DNA of 64,000 nucleotides from an uncultured Candidatus Rokubacteria bacterium (GCA_963708025.1 CAVPSB010000030.1:47455-111454); one strand, 5' to 3'. Positions 9,042-19,860 are shown, counted from the stretch's first letter. Made by a program: numbers and translations. Notes: generated from the sequence alone by a model not told the origin.

Positions 9042-12036
9042 ATGTCCGCCCCATCTCCTGTCCGACCCGCCGGAGGCACCGCCCCGGTGACAGCTCTCTG
9101 CGTCGCCGTCCCCGGGCGCGCCCGGCTCCGTGTCGAACGGGTTGCGAAACGGGAGTGCGGTCGCCCGGCAGCTCGAGACTCGCCTCCATGGTCATCAGGC
9201 GATTGCCGCCGTTCAGGCGAACCCGCTCACCGGCAACCTGCTCGTCCTGTTCGACCCGGCCCGGCTGACCGTGCGGGAGCTGATCGCCGAGGTCGTGCGA
9301 TCCCGGGCTCCGGCGCGTCGCCGCCGCAACGGGCGAGGCGGCCGCGTCACGGCCCCGCGGTCGGCGCCGCCCGACGGGCCGGCGTGGCATGCCCTGCCCG
9401 CCCGCGCGGTCGTCAGGGAGCTGGAGGTCGCCCCCGACACCGGCCTGTCGGGCGTCGAGGCGGAGCGGCGGCTGGCCACGGTGGGACCGAACCGCCTGCC
9501 GGCGCCCGAGCCCCGGTCGGCGCTGGCCACGCTGTGGGACCAGGTGGCCTCGCTGCCGGTCGGGCTCCTCGCCGGAGCCGCGGCGCTCTCCCTCGCCGGC
9601 GGCGCCGTGTTCGACGCCCTCGTCATCCTGGGCGTGGTCGGGATCAACGCGGCGGTCGGCTACGTCACCGAGCGCCGGGTGGATCGCATCCTCGGCGGCC
9701 TGCGGAATGCGACGGTGCCGACGGCGCTCGTCCGCCGCGATGGGAAGGAGACCTTCCTGCCGGCGGCGGCCCTCGTCCCCGGCGACGTCGTCGTCCTCCA
9801 GGCCGGCTACGACGTGCCCGCCGACGGTCGCGTGATCGCGGCCGACCGGCTCGCGCTCGACGAATCGGCGCTGACCGGTGAGAGCCTGCCGGTGCCGAAG
9901 GCGGCCGGCACGGTCTACGCCCCGGAGACACTCCTCGCCGACCGGGCGAACATGGTCTACTCGGGCACCAGTGTCGCCGAGGGCTCGGGCCTGGCTCTCG
10001 TCACCGGCACCGGCGTCGCCACCGAGATGGGACGCATCCGCCAGCTCATCGCCGCGGCGGTGGCGCCTCCGACTCCACTCGAGCGCGAGCTGGACCGGAT
10101 GGGCCGCCGGCTGGTCGGCCTCTGCCTCGGGCTTTCCAGCGTCGCGCTGGGGCTCGGGCTGCTCCGGGGTGTGGCGGCCCTCGAGATGCTGCGGACCTCG
10201 ATCTCCCTCGCGGTGGCGGCGGTGCCCGAGGGCCTGCCGGCCGTCGCGACCACCACCCTGGCGCTCGGCATGCAGCGCATGCTGCGCCGCAACGCGCTCA
10301 TCCGGCGTCTCTCCGCCGTGGAGAGCCTCGGCGCCACGACCGTCATCTGCGTCGACAAGACGGGCACGCTCACCGAGAACCGGATGAGCGTGCACGCCTG
10401 GCACCTGGGCGGGAGCGATCTCGTCGTGAACGGCCGCGCGGCCGAGCTGTCCGACCCGCGACTCCGCTGGGCGCACATGATCGGCGTGCTGTGCAACGAG
10501 GCGGACCTGACCCGGCAGCAGGGCGGAGGCTGGGAGGTGAACGGCAGCGGCACCGAGGGCGCGCTGCTGGCCGCCGCCCGGCAAGCGGGGCTCGACTACC
10601 GGCGCCTGCGGGAGGATCACCCGCTGGTGAGCCTGCGCCCTCGGCTCGCGGACGAGAACTGGATGGCGACGGTTCACGAGGCCGGGCCCGGTCGCCGGCT
10701 GATGATGGTCAAGGGGGCACCGGAGGAGGTCGTGCGGCTCTGCGCCCGACGCCTCGACGGGGCCACCGCGCCGGGCCTGGACGACGACGCCCGGCGCAGC
10801 ATCCTGGAGGCGAACGCCGCCCTGGCGAACCAGGGCATGCGCGTGCTCGGGCTCGCGTTCAAGGAGATCCCGGCCGCGGCGAGCCCGAGCTACGACGACC
10901 TCGCGTGGGTCGGGCTGGTCGGACTCCGGGATCCGATTCGCGAGGGCGTGCGCGAGGCGATCGCGGCCTGCCAGCGGGCGGGCATCCGCACCATCATGAT
11001 CACCGGCGACCAGAGCCTCACCGCCCTGGCCGTTGCCCGCGAGCTCGACCTCGTGCGCAACGGACAGATGCGGGTGGTGGAGGCCTCGCAGCTCGGCGGG
11101 GCGTCGGAGGCCGCCGTGCGGAATTTCGCGCGGGACGTGGCGGTCTTCGCCCGCGTCTCGCCGGCCCACAAGTACCAGATCGTCCGGGCGCTCCAGGCCG
11201 AGGGCGAGATCGTCGCCATGACCGGTGACGGCATCAACGACGCGCCCGCCCTGAAGGCAGCCGACATCGGGGTGGCGATGGGCGCCCGGGGGACCCAGGT
11301 CGCCCGGGACCTGGCCGACGTCGTGCTGCTCGACGACAATTTCGGCTCCATCGTCGGCGCCGTGGAGCAGGGCCGGACGATCCACGCCAACGTCGGCAAG
11401 GCGCTCCGCTTCCTCCTGGCGACCAACTTCAGCGAGATCCTGGTGACCATCGGCGCGCTGGCGCTCGGGATCGCCCGTCCGCTGACGGCCATCCAGCTCC
11501 TCTGGATCAACCTGCTCTCCGACGTGGTGCCGGCGCTGGCGCTCGCCGTGGAGCCGGCGGAGCCCGACATCATGGCGCGGCCGCCCCGGGATCCGGCGGC
11601 GCCGGTCCTGTCCGGGGATGCCCTCCTCCGGATCGCCGGCGACGGCGCGCTGCTCTCGGCCACGACGCTCGGCGCGTACGGCGCGGCACTGGCCCGCCAC
11701 GGCGCGGGCCCTCAGGCCGCCAGCGTGGCGTTCGCCACCCTGGCCTCGGGCCAGCTCCTGTACGCGCTCACCTGCCGCTCCGAGCACCGGCCCGCGGTCA
11801 CGGGCCTCCATCGGAGCCCCGCGCTGCTCGGTGCGGTGGGCGGCACCGTGGCCCTCCAGGTCGCCGCGGTCGCCGTCCCGTCGCTGCGACGTCTCTTGGG
11901 GATCGCGCCCCTCGGACCGGGTGATTGGGGCCTGGTGGCGGCCGGGGCGGCGCTTCCGCTCCTGGTGACGGAGGTAACCAAGGCGCTCCGCGCCCGGCCG
12001 GTGTTGACCGCCGAGCCGACGAGAAGGAGGCGATGA
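9042..12036 (+). CDS. PIIA (Ca2+-type) P-type ATPase with N-terminal HMA2 domain; single-base frameshift at about 9138
   Basis: AVPGRARLRV then GLRN...ANPLTGNLL; TGES, VPEGLP, DKTGT, KGAPE, GDGINDAPAL motifs; paralog of 16793-19786. Confidence 0.88.
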
Positions 12037-12642
12037 ATGGCGACCAAGCGAGAGGACCAGTCGCGGGAGACCACGCAGGACGGCGGCGCGATGCACCGCG
12101 CCATCCGCGGCACCATCACCGGCAGCGAGATCATCTCGGTGGGGGTGCTCAACCTGGTGCGGAGCACGCTCGTGACCGCGCTGTCCGGCGCCCGGGACGT
12201 CGGAAGCGAGGTGGGGATCACCGCGGTGGCGACCGTCCGCGGGACCATCAAAGCCGCCCACGAGATCGGCGGCGACCTCGGCATGGTGGCCCAGTCCGCC
12301 GCTCGCGGCGCGGTCCGGGCCGCCCAGGAGGTTGGCGGCGACGTAGCCGGCGCGGCCCGCCGGGCAGTCGAGGGCACGATCGAGGCAGCGCGCGAGATCG
12401 GCGGCGACGTGGTCGGCGCGGCCCGCAAGGCCGCCGAGGGCGCGATCGACGCCGCCGACCGGATCGGCTCGGCCACCGGCCGAGCAGTGCGACGGACGGT
12501 CGGCGTGGCGGTGCGGCAGGCCCGGGGGGTCAGGCCCGCCCGGGCGACGCGAAAGCAGGCGCTCCGCGCGCGGCCGGTGCGACTCCGCCGCCCCGGGCGC
12601 CCGCGGCCGAAGGGCGGTGGGAGGGGGGCGAGGGCAGAATAG
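12037..12642 (+). CDS. Ala/Gly-rich 22-aa-repeat hypothetical protein, copy 1
   Basis: Starts immediately after the ATPase stop; paralogs at 15170-15537(-) and 28268-28867(-). Confidence 0.75.
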   Translation: MATKREDQSRETTQDGGAMHRAIRGTITGSEIISVGVLNLVRSTLVTALSGARDVGSEVGITAVATVRGTIKAAHEIGGDLGMVAQSAARGAVRAAQEVGGDVAGAARRAVEGTIEAAREIGGDVVGAARKAAEGAIDAADRIGSATGRAVRRTVGVAVRQARGVRPARATRKQALRARPVRLRRPGRPRPKGGGRGARAE

Positions 12643-12647
12643 GGCCG

Positions 12648-12790
12648 CTAGCCGGACTCGAAGCCGTTGCGCAGAGGGGTGGACATGTCGGTCACCCCCC
12701 ACACGTTGCCATGCCGGTAGAAGGCGAGGTTCTCGACGGCGGGGAAGCCCGCCCCACCCTCCGAGCCGGCCTCGCCGCGCCCGACCGGTA
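12648..12790 (-). pseudogene. Fragment resembling PhoX (DUF839) alkaline phosphatase
   Basis: Minus strand reads GEAGSEGGAGFPAVENLAFYRHGNVWGVTDMST, similar to the PhoX GF..xDNLAFD..GNxW..TD motif. Confidence 0.55.
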
Positions 12791-12799
12791 ACCGCCTCG

Positions 12800-13105
12800 C
12801 TACCCGAGGCGGCGGGCGGCTCGTTTCAGCGCCTCGACCCGGTCCTCACGCTCCCGCGGCACGTCGAGATCGGTTGGTCCGAAAAGGCCGTAGGCCGCCA
12901 GCCGCGCGTAGAAGCTCGTCGGAGTAGCCGATGTCGCGGATGGACCCGCCGCGCCGAGGACCGCCACGACGAGCGCGCTGGCGAGGCCCGCCCCGTGCCC
13001 GCCCGGGAGAGCGTCACCCGCGGCATCGCCGCCGGATCCGACCGGGCCGACGATCCGCCTGCCGCCGGGCAACGTCCACTCCGGGACCGTCATCCGGTTC
13101 TCGCC
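12800..13105 (-). pseudogene. Collapsed remnant of a duplicated ATPase-metK operon
   Basis: 12801-12916 matches 15574-15689; 12914-12955 matches about 16550-16590; 12956-13103 matches 18329-18476. Confidence 0.8.
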
Positions 13106-13283
13106 CGCCGTTGGCCACTCGCTCGAGGATACCCGCGAATGGTCGGGCAGGCGCTCGACCGCGAAGCGGAGCGGGCATGGCCGCGCAATAGAAGCGGCCG
13201 TTCGGCACGTGACTCCCTCTCGAGCGCGACAGGGGCAGTCCGGCGACAAGGGGCGACCGCTGGCGCGTCCGCGCAGTCGAGAT

Positions 13284-13326
13284 GTCGTGTCAACGTCATC
13301 AACCCGTGACGTCCCCCGCGTAGGGT
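13284..13326 (+). promoter_or_regulatory. Pho-box-like promoter
   Basis: GTCGT-N6-GTCAT-N6-GTGAC, 10 nt, then TAGGGT; upstream of the alkaline-phosphatase-family gene. Confidence 0.6.
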
Positions 13327-13422
13327 TCCCTCCGGTGCTGTGCGGACCGGTCCGCGCGGGCCGTCCACCCACAAGTCCGAGCCGCCGCCGTCCGGTGCGG
13401 CGCGAAGCCGGAGGTTCACGCC

Positions 13423-15175
13423 ATGGCGTCCACCGTCCGCCCACTGCTCCACGCCCTCCTCGCTGCTGTTGTACCCCGGCGGCTCTGCGCGGTCTTGCTG
13501 GTCCTGGCCGGCGTAGTGCTCGCCGGGGTGGCCCCGGCAGCCCCGCGGGTCATCGTCATCTCGCTCGACGGCGCCACCCCGCGCTTCGTGGACGACTACC
13601 TGGCCCGGGGGGTGCTCGAGCGGGACAGGGGACTCGGCCTCCTCAGGCGGCACGGCATCACCGCGCGGCAGAACGTGACGATCAACCCCTCGCTGACCGC
13701 GCCCGGCCACATCGCCATCGCCACCGGCTCCATCGCCGCTCACAACGATATCGCCGCCAATACCTTCCACCTGCAGGCCAGCCCGTTCACGGCGACCATC
13801 AGCGGGTTCTCGGCTCCGATCGGCGGCTACGACATTCACGGGCCAGCGGAGGCGGCCGAGATCACGGCGGAGCCCTTGTGGCTGCCGCTGCGGGCGGCCG
13901 GCAAGGTGGTGGCGACCGCCACCTTCCCCGGCGGCGATGGCCTCGACATCCGTGTGCCCGGACGCTCACCGAGCCCGATCGTCCAGCCGGCCGCCGAGCG
14001 CACCGTGGACTACACGGTTCCCTTCGGTGCGTTCGCCGGCGTCGGAGCCCAGGGCTTCAGTCTGACCGCGGCCGACTTCTCGGTCGCTCCCAGTTCGACC
14101 ACCGGCCAGCTCGCCGCCGCCGGTCGGACGTCCTTCAGCCCGACACTCCAGAAGGTGACCCCCCTCGAGACATTCACGGTGGGCGGCGTGAGCTACCAGA
14201 TCCAGGTGGCGGCACTCGACACGACGAATGACGGCCTGGTCAACTATGACATGCTGGTGTTCTTCGATACGGCTCACGGGATCCCGCCCGGCCCCTTCAA
14301 CCCTCCGTCCACCGGACCGGCCTACGTCCGCCCGGCGGACAAGCGCTCGGGCCCCTTCTACCTGGAGGGCAGCAGCACCAGAGCGGGCACGGGCTTCTAC
14401 GTGAGCCGGCTCGAGCCCGACCTTTCCAGCGTGCGGATCGCCCGGTACTCTGCCAACGCCATCCCCCGCAACGCCGCCGTCCTCGGCGACGTGGACGACG
14501 TCAACAACCACGCCGGATTCTGGGCGCCCCAGCCCGACTTCCGGATCCCCGAGCGACTGAGCCCGGGTTTCGATCCCTTTCCCGACCTCGAGTTGGAAGC
14601 GATCTACCAGGATCTCGTGCGACTGTTCGTGGACTACCAGACCCGGGTGGGGCTTCGGGCCATCGAACGCTTTCCCGACGCCGACCTGATCATGATCTAC
14701 ATCGAGCAGCCGGACGGATCGGGCCACCAGTTCCTGCTGACCGATCCCCGCCAGCCCACCGACCCCCGCAACCCGGACTCGATCGGCGGCGGGCAGGACC
14801 CGGACAAGGTGGCTCGCTACGCCCGCTACCACGAGGCCGCCTACCGGGCGGCCAGCACCGCCGTGCAGCGGATCATCGAGGCGGTCGGCACCGATCGCCA
14901 CGGCATGCCGAGGAGCAACATCATCGTCGTCTCCGACCACGGCTTCGAGATCTTTCACACTGCGGTCAGCATGATGAACCTGCTCGTCAGCCGCGGCTTC
15001 GACCCGACCAAAGTCCGGGCGGTGACATCGGGTCCGGCTGTCAACGTCTACGTCAACCTGATCGGACGCGGCCCGAGCGGTACCGTGACCCCAGCCGAAT
15101 ACCTGGTCCTCCAGGGCCAGATCGCCGACGCGCTGGCGGAGCTCGTGGACACCAACCCGAATTACACCAACGGCC
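13423..15175 (+). pseudogene. Secreted alkaline phosphatase superfamily (NPP/phosphodiesterase) protein, 3'-truncated
   Basis: Signal peptide; ISLDG, PSLTAPGH, QPDGSGHQ and VSDHG motifs; beyond about 15175 the ORF is just the antisense of another gene. Confidence 0.75.
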
Positions 15176-15537
15176 TCGACCGCCGTCGCCACCGCGGCCT
15201 TGCTCGCCGTCCGGGCAACCTCCGCGAGGTCGCCGCCCACCTCCTGGGCTGCCTGGATGGTGCCTTGCACGGCATGCTTCGCGGCGAGTCCGACGTCACC
15301 TCCGATCTCGGACGTCGCCCGGATGATGCCGCGCACCGCCGTGATCCCGACCGTCGCCACGAGGCCTCCCAGTTCGGCCACGCCCGACAGGCTCGTGAGC
15401 AGGCTGTTCCGGGCCAGGTGGATCACACCGGCGGCGACGATCTCCGCGCCGCTGATCGATCGTTGGAGGGCCGAGGATCCGTTGTCGGCTTCGCTCGATG
15501 GTCGGGGTCGCGTTCCGGTCCTCCGCTTCGTGGTCAT
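15170..15537 (-). pseudogene. 22-aa-repeat protein, copy 2, 3'-truncated
   Basis: EIVAAGVIHLARNSLLTSLSG...AAQEVGGDL is homologous to 12037-12642; runs into the antisense of the phosphatase gene. Confidence 0.7.
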
Positions 15538-15572
15538 GATGCGTCCCCTGTCTCGGATCCTTCCGCCCAAGG

Positions 15573-16796
15573 TTACCCGAGGCGGCGGGCGGCTCGTTTC
15601 AGCGCCTCGACCCGGTCCTCACGCTCCCACGGCACGTCGAGATCGGTTCGTCCGAAGTGGCCGTAGGCTGCCAGCCGCGCGTAGAAGCTGCCTTCGTGCC
15701 GGATGGGCAGCTGGCGCAGGCCGAGGTGGTGGACCACCGCCGCCGGCCGCAGGTCGATGGTCTCCTGCAGGACGCGCGCGAGGTCGGTGTCGGACGCCAC
15801 GCCGGACCCGTACGTCTCGACCGACACGGCGAGCGGCCGGGCCTGGCCGATCGCGTAGGCCAGGTGCACCTCGCACTCCCGGGCCAGCTCGGCGGCGACG
15901 AGGGTCCGGGCCGCGTAGCGGGCGACGTACGCCCCGAGGCGATCGATGTGATCCGGGTTCTTCCCGGACAGCGCGCCGCCGCCGTGTCGCGTGTATCCCC
16001 CGTAGGTGTCCACCATGTTCTTCCGGCCGGTGAGCCCCGCATCCCGACGGGGGCCTCCGACGAGAAAGGCGCCGCCGGGGTTGACGAAGAGCCGGGCCTC
16101 GGCGTCGAAGCTCAGCTCGGTGCGATCCAGGGCCGGACGCAGGACCGCGTCCCGGATGTCGCCCTCGAGCCGGCGCCGGGTGGCGGTGGACGTGCCCGGC
16201 GCGCCGACCGCGGTCGTGTGCTGGACATTGATCACGACCGTGTGAATCCGCACGGGACGCCGATCCTCGAACTGCACGGCCACCTGGACCTTGCCGTCCG
16301 GCCCCAGGTACGGCACGGCCTTCTCGCGCCGCGCCTGATCGAGCCGCCGGGCCAGCCGATGGGCCAGGGCGATGGGCGCCGGCATCCGCTCGGGTGTGTG
16401 CGTGCACGCATACCCGAAGACGGACGCCTGGTCCGAGGCCACGCCGGCGTCGAGCTCCTCCTCCGTCGACTCGACGTCGGGAGCCGGATCGCGGCCGGGA
16501 CGGTGGGCGAAGTTGGTGATGACGCTCGCGTTCTCGGGGTCGAAGCCCTGCTCGTCGGAGTAACCGATGTCGCGGATGACCTGCCGCGCCACGCCGGCCG
16601 GGTCCACGCTCACCGCCGAGGCCGCCGTGACCGCCAGGAACACGAGCCCCGTGGCCACGGCACATTCGGCGGAGACCCGGGCTTCCGGGTCGAGATAGAG
16701 GAACGCGTCGATCACGGCGTCGGAGATCTGGTCGCACATCTTGTCGGGGTGCCCCTGGGTGACCGACTCCGAGGTGAAGACGCTCGTCTTGCTCAC
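15573..16796 (-). CDS. metK: S-adenosylmethionine synthetase, divergent paralog
   Basis: FTSESVTQGHPDK, PDGKVQV, DAGLTGRK, GGGALSGK and YGHFGR motifs; GTGA overlap with the ATPase stop. Confidence 0.9.
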   Translation of the reverse strand: MSKTSVFTSESVTQGHPDKMCDQISDAVIDAFLYLDPEARVSAECAVATGLVFLAVTAASAVSVDPAGVARQVIRDIGYSDEQGFDPENASVITNFAHRPGRDPAPDVESTEEELDAGVASDQASVFGYACTHTPERMPAPIALAHRLARRLDQARREKAVPYLGPDGKVQVAVQFEDRRPVRIHTVVINVQHTTAVGAPGTSTATRRRLEGDIRDAVLRPALDRTELSFDAEARLFVNPGGAFLVGGPRRDAGLTGRKNMVDTYGGYTRHGGGALSGKNPDHIDRLGAYVARYAARTLVAAELARECEVHLAYAIGQARPLAVSVETYGSGVASDTDLARVLQETIDLRPAAVVHHLGLRQLPIRHEGSFYARLAAYGHFGRTDLDVPWEREDRVEALKRAARRLG

Positions 16797-19786
16797 GGGC
16801 CTGGCCTCCTTCCGGCGTCGCCCGGCGCGGGCCGGGACTTGAGCATCTCTCGCGCGAGCAGCGGGGCCACCGCGCCCGCCGCGACGACCCCCCAGGCGCC
16901 GGCGCCGAGGGGGGACGTGCCGAGTAGCCGGCGGAGCGCCGGCACCGTGACGGCCCCGACCTGAAGCGCCAGCGTCCCCGCAAGCGCCCCGATCAGGGGC
17001 GGGTTCTGCGAAAGGCCGCTCAGCGCCGGGCGCGTCTCGGACCGACACGCCAGCGCGTACAGGAGCTGGGCGGTGGTCAGGGTGACGAACGGCACGGTGG
17101 AGCCGGCCGCGCCCGGCCGGCCACCGGCGATCGCGTGCGCTCCGAGGGCCGAGGCGGTCATCACGGCCGCGTCCACGGCGATCCGCCGCATGTCCGCGGT
17201 CGAGAGAAGCGGCTCGTCGCGTGGCCCGGGGGCTCGCCGCATCACGTCCGGCTCGGCCGGCTCCATCGCGAGCGCGAGAGCCGGGAACACGTCGGACAGG
17301 AGGTTCATCCACAGCAGCTGCACCGCGGTCAAGGGTCGGGCGATGCCCAGGGCCATGCCGACGACCGTGAGTAGCACCTCGCCGAGGTTGGTGGCGAGCA
17401 GGAAGCGCACGGCCTTCCGGACGTTGGCGCGGATCGTGCGGCCCTGCTCCACCGCGCCCACGATCGAGCCGATGTTGTCGTCCAGCAGGACGACGTCGGC
17501 CAGGTCCCGGGCCAGTTCCGTCCCGCCCACCCCGATGGCGACGCCGACGTCCGCCGCGCGGAGGGCGGGTCCATCGTTGATCCCGTCACCGGTCATCGCC
17601 ACCACCTCGTCGTCCGCCTGCAGGGTCTGGACGATGCGGTACTTGTCGGCGGGCGACACCCGGGCGAAGATGTCCACCTCCCGCGCCAGCCCCCGGAGGG
17701 CTTCCGGCGGGAGCTGGGCGATCTGCGCCGCCTCGGCCACCCGCAGCTCCCCGTTCCGGTCGAGGCCGAGCGCCCGCCCGACGGCGATCGCGGTGGGGCT
17801 CTGGTCGCCGGTCAGCATGACGACCCGGATGCCGGCCGCCCGGCAGGCGTTCAGGGCCTCCCGCACGCCGGGTCGGATCGGGTCCACCATCCCGACCAGA
17901 CCCGCCCAGACGAGCTGGTCGATCGCGGGCGGCTCGGCTGCCATCCCGTCGTCGTCGCGATAGGCCAGGCCGAGGACCCGGAGGGCGTCGCTGGCCATGC
18001 GGGCATTGGTGCCGAGGATCGCCCGGCGGTCGCTCGCGGTCAGCACCCGCGAGTCGCCGTTCCGGCCAGCAACGTGGCTGGCGAGTCGCAGGACCTCCTC
18101 CGGCGCCCCCTTGACCGCGATAAGCCGATGGCCGTTATCGGTCGAGTGCACCGTCGCCATCCAGTTCTGGCCGACGGCCCTGGGCCGGACCCCGATCCGC
18201 GGGTGGCGGGCTCGCAGCGCCCGGCCATCCACGCCGAGGGCGCGGGCGGACTCCAGGAGGGCGACCTCGGTCCCGCTGCCCAGGATCGTGCCGCCCTCGG
18301 CCTCCGCGACGAGCTCGGCCTCGTTGCAGAGGACCGCCACGACGAGCGCGCTGGCGAGGCCCGCCCGGTGCCCGCCCGGGAGAGGGTCACCCGCGGCATT
18401 GCCGCCGGATACGACCGGGCCCACGATCCGCGTGCCGCCGGGCAGCCTCCACTCCTGGACCGTCATCCGGTTCTCGGTGATCGTGCCCGTCTTGTCGACG
18501 CAGATGACCGTCGTCGCTCCGAGGCTCTCGACGACCTCGAGCCGCCGGACGAGCACGTTCCGCCTGAGCATCCGCTGCATCCCGAGGGCGAAGGTCGTCG
18601 TCGCGACGGCGGGCAGACCTTCCGGCACGGCGGCGACGCCGAGGGCGATGGCCGTTCTCACCATCTCCAGCGCGGAGATGCCGCGCAGCAGGCCAAGCCC
18701 GAGGACGGCGGCGCAGAGCGAGACCGTGATCCCGACGAGGGTCCGGCCCATCCGGTCGAGCTGCCGCTCGATCGGCGCCGGTGGTGGCTCGACCCCGGCG
18801 ACCAGGGCGCGCACCCGGCCGAATTCCGTGCGACTCCCGGTCCCGGTCACGACCGCGAGGCCAGCGCCCTCGCTGACCACGGTTCCGGCGTAGACCATGT
18901 TGGCCCGGTCGGCGAGCGGGGTGCCTTCGGCGTGGACGTGGTCAGCCCGCTTGGCCACCGGCAGGCCTTCCCCGGTCAGAGCGGACTCGTTGACGCTCAG
19001 CCCGCCCGTCACATCCACCAGGCGGCCGTCGGCGCCGACGTCGTGTCCCGCCCTGAGGATCAGGACGTCCCCAGGCACCAGCGAGGCCGTGGAGACGGTG
19101 CGCTCGCGACCATCACGCCGAACCAGCGCCACCGGGTGCGTCAGGCGCTGCAGGGAGCTGAGGATGCCCTCGACGCGGCTCTCGGTCGCGTATCCGACCA
19201 GCGCGTTGGCGGCGACGACACCGAGAATCACGATCGCCTCGAAGGGGGCTCCGCTCACCAGGGACAGGCCGGCGGCGCCGGCCAGGAGCGCCACCGGCAG
19301 GGAGGTGACCTGTCCGGCCAGGATCGCAAGGCCCGAGCGAGGAGTCGGGGCGGGGACACGATTCGAACCGAACCGCGCGAGCCGGGCCTCGGCCTCCTCG
19401 CCGGTCAGGCCGACGGACGGCAGCGTGGCCAGGCGCGCCACGACGTCGGCGGCCGTCGTGGCATGCCAGCGGTCGCCGTCGCGCTCGAGTATCTCGTGAT
19501 CTCCCCCGCGGGTCGGCGGTCGCGACCGCCGCCGCGGCGGCCCCCCGTCGCGATAGCGACGCAGCTCGGCCGCGACCTGGCGGGGGCTGAGGGCCTCGGC
19601 GTCGAAGAGCACGAGGACGCTGCCGGTCAGCGGGTTGGCGTGAACTTCGCGGATGCCGACCCGGATCGCCAGCCGGTCAACGATGCGCCGCGCGACGTCG
19701 GGACGGTGGCGCAGACCCTCGACCCGGGCGCGGATTCGTCCACGCACGGCGACCGAGAGGAAGATCACAGATGGCTGGGCCGTCAT
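16793..19786 (-). CDS. PIIA (Ca2+-type) P-type ATPase with N-terminal HMA2 domain
   Basis: AVRGRIRARV...ANPLTGSVL; VPEGLP, DKTGT, KGAPE and GDGIND motifs. Confidence 0.92.
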   Translation of the reverse strand: MTAQPSVIFLSVAVRGRIRARVEGLRHRPDVARRIVDRLAIRVGIREVHANPLTGSVLVLFDAEALSPRQVAAELRRYRDGGPPRRRSRPPTRGGDHEILERDGDRWHATTAADVVARLATLPSVGLTGEEAEARLARFGSNRVPAPTPRSGLAILAGQVTSLPVALLAGAAGLSLVSGAPFEAIVILGVVAANALVGYATESRVEGILSSLQRLTHPVALVRRDGRERTVSTASLVPGDVLILRAGHDVGADGRLVDVTGGLSVNESALTGEGLPVAKRADHVHAEGTPLADRANMVYAGTVVSEGAGLAVVTGTGSRTEFGRVRALVAGVEPPPAPIERQLDRMGRTLVGITVSLCAAVLGLGLLRGISALEMVRTAIALGVAAVPEGLPAVATTTFALGMQRMLRRNVLVRRLEVVESLGATTVICVDKTGTITENRMTVQEWRLPGGTRIVGPVVSGGNAAGDPLPGGHRAGLASALVVAVLCNEAELVAEAEGGTILGSGTEVALLESARALGVDGRALRARHPRIGVRPRAVGQNWMATVHSTDNGHRLIAVKGAPEEVLRLASHVAGRNGDSRVLTASDRRAILGTNARMASDALRVLGLAYRDDDGMAAEPPAIDQLVWAGLVGMVDPIRPGVREALNACRAAGIRVVMLTGDQSPTAIAVGRALGLDRNGELRVAEAAQIAQLPPEALRGLAREVDIFARVSPADKYRIVQTLQADDEVVAMTGDGINDGPALRAADVGVAIGVGGTELARDLADVVLLDDNIGSIVGAVEQGRTIRANVRKAVRFLLATNLGEVLLTVVGMALGIARPLTAVQLLWMNLLSDVFPALALAMEPAEPDVMRRAPGPRDEPLLSTADMRRIAVDAAVMTASALGAHAIAGGRPGAAGSTVPFVTLTTAQLLYALACRSETRPALSGLSQNPPLIGALAGTLALQVGAVTVPALRRLLGTSPLGAGAWGVVAAGAVAPLLAREMLKSRPAPGDAGRRPGP

Positions 19787-19817
19787 CGCTACGGGCGGCT
19801 CTGGCTCCGTCCACGAC

Positions 19818-19860
19818 ACCCTACCAGTGGTTCGTTACCATGACGCTACGACAACGTTAC
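19818..19860 (-). promoter_or_regulatory. Pho-box-like promoter of the ATPase-metK operon
   Basis: Minus strand: GTAAC-N6-GTAGC-N6-GTAAC, 10 nt, then TAGGGT. Confidence 0.6.

Noticed and set aside
8938-12702. 1254-aa minus-strand ORF and similar long antisense ORFs (3025-5754, 38048-40315, 45767-48676)
   Set aside because: Shadow ORFs of real genes in high-GC DNA; no motifs and Arg/Pro/Gly-biased
15176-15666. Apparent C-terminal extension of the 747-aa phosphatase ORF
   Set aside because: It is the antisense of the repeat-protein gene and the metK end, beyond the junction
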